Of a stretch of DNA of 28,456 nt, positions 23,341 to 28,456 are shown in pieces. The translations under genes were made by a program, and so were the position numbers. The stretch is from a virus. Lineage: Duplodnaviria > Caudoviricetes. Under the pieces are notes generated by a model. The model made no database searches, was not told the origin of the DNA, and saw nothing but the letters and a program-made list of their open reading frames with translations. Position 1 is the first letter of the stretch; every line of letters begins with the position of its first letter. The stretch is from positions 1 to 28,456 of IMG/VR virus record IMGVR_UViG_3300018423_000047; one strand, written 5' to 3'.

Positions 23341-25792
23341 GATTTACTCCTTCGTATTCGTACCAAGGTATGCTGCCACCTTCAAAAGACTTTACTCCCG
23401 GGAAGTCAGGCGGCAAAACTCCAGACTTTTTCTTGAAAGCCTCGCTAAACATATCATCTAGTTCTTGCTTTGTGAATTGATATGGTTCGCCAGCACTTGT
23501 TTCGTATATGTATCTAAATGAACCATCTGGCATCTTTTCATATTTAGCGCCAGAATATTTTTGATGGAAGCGGCCCTCCATAACAGGAACATTTGCCGTT
23601 GGCGTTGCCTTACGCTCTGATGTTCTGACAACAGTTTCTAATGTTGGGTGTGCCACAATTTGTCCAGATGCGCGCACCCAACTTTCCCAGTGATATCGGC
23701 CTACAGTTCCCTCTTCAGTGCGGCCTGCCATTCTATATAATTCTGGAACCCGATCCATCAATGATCTTTCCAAAGCCTCATATTGGGCAAGCCCTTGTGA
23801 CGTATCAAACTGCGCCATTATATCATCATAGACCTTGTCACCGCCGGCCCACATCTGGTTTATCTGGATGCGATCAAGAACAACAACATCATTCCTGCCT
23901 GACACAAGCAAGGCAAAAGATAGGATTTTATTTTTAATTCCTGTATCTTCCGCTAGCCCATAATATGCGCGTCTCAAATCGCGGCTGGACATATTTGGGT
24001 TTGCTATCATTTCGTGCAAGCGCGTCAATGCTGATTTGCCTGTCTCATCAACGGCGGCCATTTTTTTCAAAAACACTTTGCCAAAATCATTTGCGTTGCT
24101 TGTTGCTGATTTGCCGGGGCTACCTGTTGGTATTGTGGCTTTAACCATTTTCAGCCACCCGGCTGTATCAGCATCTGACCACTCTCCACGCGCTGCCTTT
24201 TCAATGAATGGCATTGCTTTTTCAGCCAAGTCTTTATATCCGCTTTCATGTGGGAATGCTGACAGCCGGCGCGACAAAATAGACCATAACATAAGTTGGC
24301 CAGTCAGTTCTGCACCAGCACCAGCCTCATATGCAGCCTTAAATCTTTCTTGAACAGCAAGGCCGTCATTAGCGGCTTTGATTTGTGCCGGGGTTAATTG
24401 CTTGAACCAATCAGACCATTTGTTCATATCATTGGCATGCTCAATCATCCAGACTGGTGGCGCTGGAGTTTCTTGCTTATTCAATGTTTTTGACATCATG
24501 TTGACATAGTTTTGGGCTGATGCCAGAGGATCTGGAAATTCTTGTGCAATTTCATCAAGCCTAAATGATTGCTCCCCAAAGTTATTTGGGGTCATTTTAG
24601 CTGCAACAAACATCTCATTTTTACGGCCAAGTTGCACCGGCTCATATGCTGGGTTTGTCACTGTATATTTTCCCGGCACGCCGATGATGTTGGTGTCGGC
24701 TTCGGTGCGCGGCGTAAATACAGGCTGCAAATCTTGGCCCTGCGCCATTTTGCCCATAGCCGCAAGCGCCGGGTCAATCACCTCCATTGGATCAACGCCT
24801 GACATGACGCGGCTTGTTATAGGGCCACGCTCTGCCATACGCGCCTCCGCAGCCTCGCCAGCGGCCACAACCCCCCTGCTGACAGCCGGCGCGACCTCTT
24901 CAGCGGCACCACCAAAGAGTTTGCCCAACAACCCGCCAGCGCCAGCGCCAGCAACACTTGTTGTCAACGTCCTCATAACGGCTTCTTTCAAAGACGGCGG
25001 CATACCAGCCGCTGTCTCTAGGATCATATTTGCACCCTCATATAGATCTGCGTAAGCAGCGCCAGCAATTGCGCCACTCTTGCCCGGCGCACGCTTTGCA
25101 AGCTGCGTGGTAAACCCGGCTGTTTTGGCGGCAGCCATCAGCATTTGACGCGCTGTCATGCTGCTGGTTTTCATTGCAGCGGCTTTGAGAAACGGCGCGG
25201 TAATGCCGCCGGCAAAAGTAGCGTATGTTTCTGGAGCGCCAAACAAAGCGCGGAATGACCGTTTAATTGTTTCGCCTTCTGTTTTGGTGTCAGCATATGT
25301 GTTGAGCAGAAACAAGAAATCGTTGGCGTTGTTTTCTTTGGTTACCAAATTGCCATCCAAGTCTGTGTAACCGCCACTGTTTACGATGTTCCAAACTTGG
25401 CCAATCATGCCGGGCGAACTAATCCCAGCCTCTCCGGGGAACCCAGCGGGGCCAGTTACATTCCAATTAAACTCAGACATCAGATCCATACCATAGGCAG
25501 CGGCCTGTTTGTCAGATCCAATAAACTCATACCCCTCCATTACGCGATACATGCGTTTCGACACCTCGATCCAATCCGGCATCATTTCCAATTGATCTTC
25601 AGTGTATTTTGGTTTTGTTGTTGGCGGCGAATAGCTTTCGTCCATAAATGTGCCAGAAAACCCCATTTCAGCGGGGCGCTCTTGCGCATTTTCTCTGGTG
25701 GCGTCTATTTGCAAAAAAGATCTTTGATCGGCTTGCTGGTTGTGCATGTCAGCAAGTTCATCCATCACCCTATCTTCTAAAAACCCATTCAT
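23291..25792 (-). CDS. Internal virion-locus protein with C-terminal HhH-GPD (Ogg2-like) DNA glycosylase/lyase-like domain
   Basis: 833 aa. Gly/Ala-rich hydrophobic segments at ~190-300. GIKNKILSFALLVSGRNDVVVLDR has K622 and D640 spaced 18 apart. Also LMLWSILS, YEALE and HWESW. ATGA-coupled to the upstream internal virion gene. Confidence 0.7.
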   Translation of the reverse strand: MNGFLEDRVMDELADMHNQQADQRSFLQIDATRENAQERPAEMGFSGTFMDESYSPPTTKPKYTEDQLEMMPDWIEVSKRMYRVMEGYEFIGSDKQAAAYGMDLMSEFNWNVTGPAGFPGEAGISSPGMIGQVWNIVNSGGYTDLDGNLVTKENNANDFLFLLNTYADTKTEGETIKRSFRALFGAPETYATFAGGITAPFLKAAAMKTSSMTARQMLMAAAKTAGFTTQLAKRAPGKSGAIAGAAYADLYEGANMILETAAGMPPSLKEAVMRTLTTSVAGAGAGGLLGKLFGGAAEEVAPAVSRGVVAAGEAAEARMAERGPITSRVMSGVDPMEVIDPALAAMGKMAQGQDLQPVFTPRTEADTNIIGVPGKYTVTNPAYEPVQLGRKNEMFVAAKMTPNNFGEQSFRLDEIAQEFPDPLASAQNYVNMMSKTLNKQETPAPPVWMIEHANDMNKWSDWFKQLTPAQIKAANDGLAVQERFKAAYEAGAGAELTGQLMLWSILSRRLSAFPHESGYKDLAEKAMPFIEKAARGEWSDADTAGWLKMVKATIPTGSPGKSATSNANDFGKVFLKKMAAVDETGKSALTRLHEMIANPNMSSRDLRRAYYGLAEDTGIKNKILSFALLVSGRNDVVVLDRIQINQMWAGGDKVYDDIMAQFDTSQGLAQYEALERSLMDRVPELYRMAGRTEEGTVGRYHWESWVRASGQIVAHPTLETVVRTSERKATPTANVPVMEGRFHQKYSGAKYEKMPDGSFRYIYETSAGEPYQFTKQELDDMFSEAFKKKSGVLPPDFPGVKSFEGGSIPWYEYEGVNRGKLDELIRAAGTKIE

Positions 25793-27552
25793 CGCAATTC
25801 ATCCCGCAAAACAATGTTTTTCTGCACAGTAGAAATTTTGGAAATAATTGTCGTTAGATCTGCGTCACTTATTCCCCACGCCCTTTGATTTGCGCGGACC
25901 TCTTCTGTTGTGGTGTATTCATTAAACACATCACCATATTTTTCATTAAGCGAACTAAGGGTCGCATCAATAACCTTTTGGTATTTGCTGCTGGCAAGTT
26001 CCAATCTGTATTCTCTAGCTATGACATCTTTTCTGGGGCGTGACCCTGTTTCGCCGCCCTCTTGCCAAGCGGCTACGGCGTCATCAAACCGCCTCTCTAC
26101 ATTTGCGATAAAACTGTTTACTGCCTTGGCTTGGTTAACCTTAACATTAATCATGCCTGTCGTAAGCCCTGCATGTTTTCGAGCCTCATCATCGACAGCA
26201 TTGTTGATCCGCAACTGCGTGCTGTCTAAGTATGTCGTCAAACCGTTTGTTTGTTTTGGCCCTAAACCAAGTTCTTCTGCTTTGGCTGCAAGCTGGAGGA
26301 AATCAACAATTTGTCCATTGCGAATTAATGTTTTGATTGCGAACACCAAACTTGGTTTTTCTTCTTCGTAATACCCAGCTTGTCGTATTGTTTGTTTTGA
26401 CTTGGCCAGCGCCACAATCCCCTGACCATCAATCACTTCTGGGTAATTCATTGCTGTTTCACCCAATCGGCCAAGCGCGTCATTCGCCTCAACGCTGCCG
26501 TCATCGTTCTCCATAAATGCCAGCACATCTAGCACTGTGTCTTGTCTTGCAGTTAACACGCCATCTGCACGCGCTTGGTCATCTGCGTTTTGCCGCGCAA
26601 TGATTTCATCACGCACCTGTTTGCGCAACACTGCCTTGCTTGTGTCATCTAATGTGTTGAATAGTGCGGTCTTGTCGCCAAAGTCGCCAGTGCGTAACGC
26701 TGACAATCTTTTCTCTTCAGGAAGATTGACGGCGTGTTCTGTCAATACATTTATCTTTGCTGTTGTTTTGATGCCCTCAAACTTAGACATCTCTGTTGTT
26801 GCAAAGTTGGCGTCATTAGTCGCAATCAATTGGTCGCTAATCGAACGCTGGAGATTGTCAGCCTCGCCATCTGTTCGCAGGATAGATGTTCCATCTTGTA
26901 AAAGTACAACGCCGCCCTTGTCTGTGCGATAAATGTCCTCAAACGATTGCAACGCACCAGCCATAGCATCAAGACCTTTTGCCTTGGCTATTGCTTGGCT
27001 CATTTTTATTTCGCGCTCAAGGGCTTTTGAATATACCGGCGCGGCCATTGTGGCAACAGACGCAGAAAAAGCATTGGCAATAGTTGGGTCAAGTTGCGAC
27101 AGCAATTCTGTGTGGCCGGCTTGAACGCCATTGATTGCAGTTATTTCTGCCATCAAATCTATGTCAGCACCGCCATCAACCTTCGCACTTAAAGCAGCAA
27201 GCTGGCTTCTGACGCCGGCCTCAAGTTCTGTCTTTAACTTAGATGCAGTGCTGGCGATTGACACAGACCCAAAAACTGTTGTTGGGTCTCCAATAATTTC
27301 CTCAATAGATCGCCCGGCAGATAGTGCTGCTTGCAATTGCTCTGCTGACAGATCCTGATCATAGGCCCATTGCTCGGCTTCAAACTTTGTTTTTGCCTCT
27401 TCTTTTGTCGCCACATACCGCTGCATCACATCAAGGCCGCGAGATATGTTTTCGTAAACACGCGCCTGCGCTCTGCCTGTTGATACAAAATCAACAGTTG
27501 GTATTGATGGGATTGCTACGCCTAATGGGCGATATCTTGGAAGCTCGGCCAT
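25789..27552 (-). CDS. Internal virion (ejection) protein, T7 gp15-like position
   Basis: 587 aa, helical; MAELPRYRP start; lies between the gp14-like gene and the larger internal proteins. Confidence 0.75.
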   Translation of the reverse strand: MAELPRYRPLGVAIPSIPTVDFVSTGRAQARVYENISRGLDVMQRYVATKEEAKTKFEAEQWAYDQDLSAEQLQAALSAGRSIEEIIGDPTTVFGSVSIASTASKLKTELEAGVRSQLAALSAKVDGGADIDLMAEITAINGVQAGHTELLSQLDPTIANAFSASVATMAAPVYSKALEREIKMSQAIAKAKGLDAMAGALQSFEDIYRTDKGGVVLLQDGTSILRTDGEADNLQRSISDQLIATNDANFATTEMSKFEGIKTTAKINVLTEHAVNLPEEKRLSALRTGDFGDKTALFNTLDDTSKAVLRKQVRDEIIARQNADDQARADGVLTARQDTVLDVLAFMENDDGSVEANDALGRLGETAMNYPEVIDGQGIVALAKSKQTIRQAGYYEEEKPSLVFAIKTLIRNGQIVDFLQLAAKAEELGLGPKQTNGLTTYLDSTQLRINNAVDDEARKHAGLTTGMINVKVNQAKAVNSFIANVERRFDDAVAAWQEGGETGSRPRKDVIAREYRLELASSKYQKVIDATLSSLNEKYGDVFNEYTTTEEVRANQRAWGISDADLTTIISKISTVQKNIVLRDELR

Positions 27553-28022
27553 TATGTTACCTTTGTTATTTCGCCAGCCGGCGCTGTGCCAAGCTGTTTG
27601 TCAAAAGCGTAAGCCTGACCAAATGCAGTGGCGGCGTTAGCAACGCCTGCCAGCATAGTCGCTTTTGCCTGCATCATGCGTTGATCAGCTTGCATCATGC
27701 CAGTGCGGATAGCAATCAATGCGCCATCATCAGACAACTGCTTTTCTTCAATGCCTTTAGCCAACGCAAAATCTGACAAGGTTTTCGCGCTGCCGCTGAA
27801 TGGATCTATGCCGCCGGCACCGGCTCTAGCAACAATTAAGGCATCTGTTTGCAAGATGTTTTCCAAAACCTTTACGCCTTGTTGCTTGTACTTTAGCGCC
27901 TCAGATCTGGCTTGTACCTTGTCCATAGCCGCCTGCGAGGCCAAGCCCTTGGCCTGCGCTCTCGCGGACATCATAGATGTTGCCGCTTGCAGACCAGCCA
28001 CAATGTACATTGGATTTGCCAT
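27552..28022 (-). CDS. Internal virion protein, T7 gp14-like
   Basis: Likely start ATG 28022. Ala/Gln-rich with an ARAGAGGIDPFSGSA motif. Directly downstream of tail tubular protein B. Confidence 0.75.
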   Translation of the reverse strand: MANPMYIVAGLQAATSMMSARAQAKGLASQAAMDKVQARSEALKYKQQGVKVLENILQTDALIVARAGAGGIDPFSGSAKTLSDFALAKGIEEKQLSDDGALIAIRTGMMQADQRMMQAKATMLAGVANAATAFGQAYAFDKQLGTAPAGEITKVT

Positions 28023-28023
28023 C

Positions 28024-28456
28024 TTACTGCCCCACACTCACTTTGTAATCGATCCCAAGTAATGTCATCTTTAACGGCACATCCTGACCAATCGTGATCT
28101 GGCCGTCATAAGTATACCCTAAAATGCCGTGCAATGTCTTGATGCCGGTAAACTCATCAACTGCGCCATCAAGAACAGCCGCGCCGAAATTGCGGAACGG
28201 CACCTCTTTGCCCTCAATCGTCATTGCCTGCGTCTCGAACAATTCCGCATTAACCTCAAAGATCCGTTTCTTAAAGCCCTTTAGAGAGCCGCTGGGCAGG
28301 TTTGGCTCAACCGGCAGTGTCTTTACCTCCGGCGTAAAGTTGAGGCCGACCTGATAGCTTGTAGAGGCCGCAGTGGCAAAGGTCACAGTGTAAGGTGATC
28401 CCGGCACTGTCTGATCCGGCTCGATGACACCATCGCGGATGATCTTGACTGTTGCC
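28024..28456 (-). CDS. Tail tubular protein B / nozzle (T7 gp12-like); 3' end only, truncated by window edge
   Basis: The frame is open to the window end (ATVKIIRDG...TVP). VGLNFT.EVKTLP, KKRI, FTGIK and I.QDVPLKMTLLGI motifs match the C-terminus of podoviral nozzle proteins. Confidence 0.85.
   Translation of the reverse strand, partial: ATVKIIRDGVIEPDQTVPGSPYTVTFATAASTSYQVGLNFTPEVKTLPVEPNLPSGSLKGFKKRIFEVNAELFETQAMTIEGKEVPFRNFGAAVLDGAVDEFTGIKTLHGILGYTYDGQITIGQDVPLKMTLLGIDYKVSVGQ

Noticed and set aside
1-28456. tRNA, rRNA, or attP/attL/attR sites
   Set aside because: Intergenic gaps are short and none showed a cloverleaf by eye; no host genes or prophage boundary are visible.

Overview
The whole window is part of a tailed dsDNA phage genome with a T7-like (podovirus) virion module; no DNA or RNA polymerase is visible in the window. 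The gene content resembles marine alphaproteobacterial podoviruses (inference). A divergent control region at ~10112-10208 drives two units. The leftward unit runs: RHH regulator, Holliday junction resolvase, nuclease, SSB-like protein, primase-helicase, HTH initiator-like protein, TerS, TerL, GNAT protein, small basic virion proteins, portal 5' end. The rightward unit runs: unknown acidic protein, small serine recombinase, HNH, YqaJ exonuclease, LexA-like DNA-binding domain, terminator. The right half (minus strand) holds the end of tail tubular protein B, four internal virion/ejection genes, a tail fibre with an S74 chaperone, tail accessory genes and the lysis genes. The most striking observation is in one ejection-locus protein (23291-25792). 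It carries a C-terminal HhH-GPD DNA glycosylase/AP-lyase-like domain resembling Ogg2, with the catalytic Lys and Asp intact. It is followed by an unannotated, overlapping 46-aa acidic ORF with a strong RBS. Together these are a candidate virion-delivered DNA glycosylase and inhibitor pair. All family calls come from motif recognition by eye, not from database searches.
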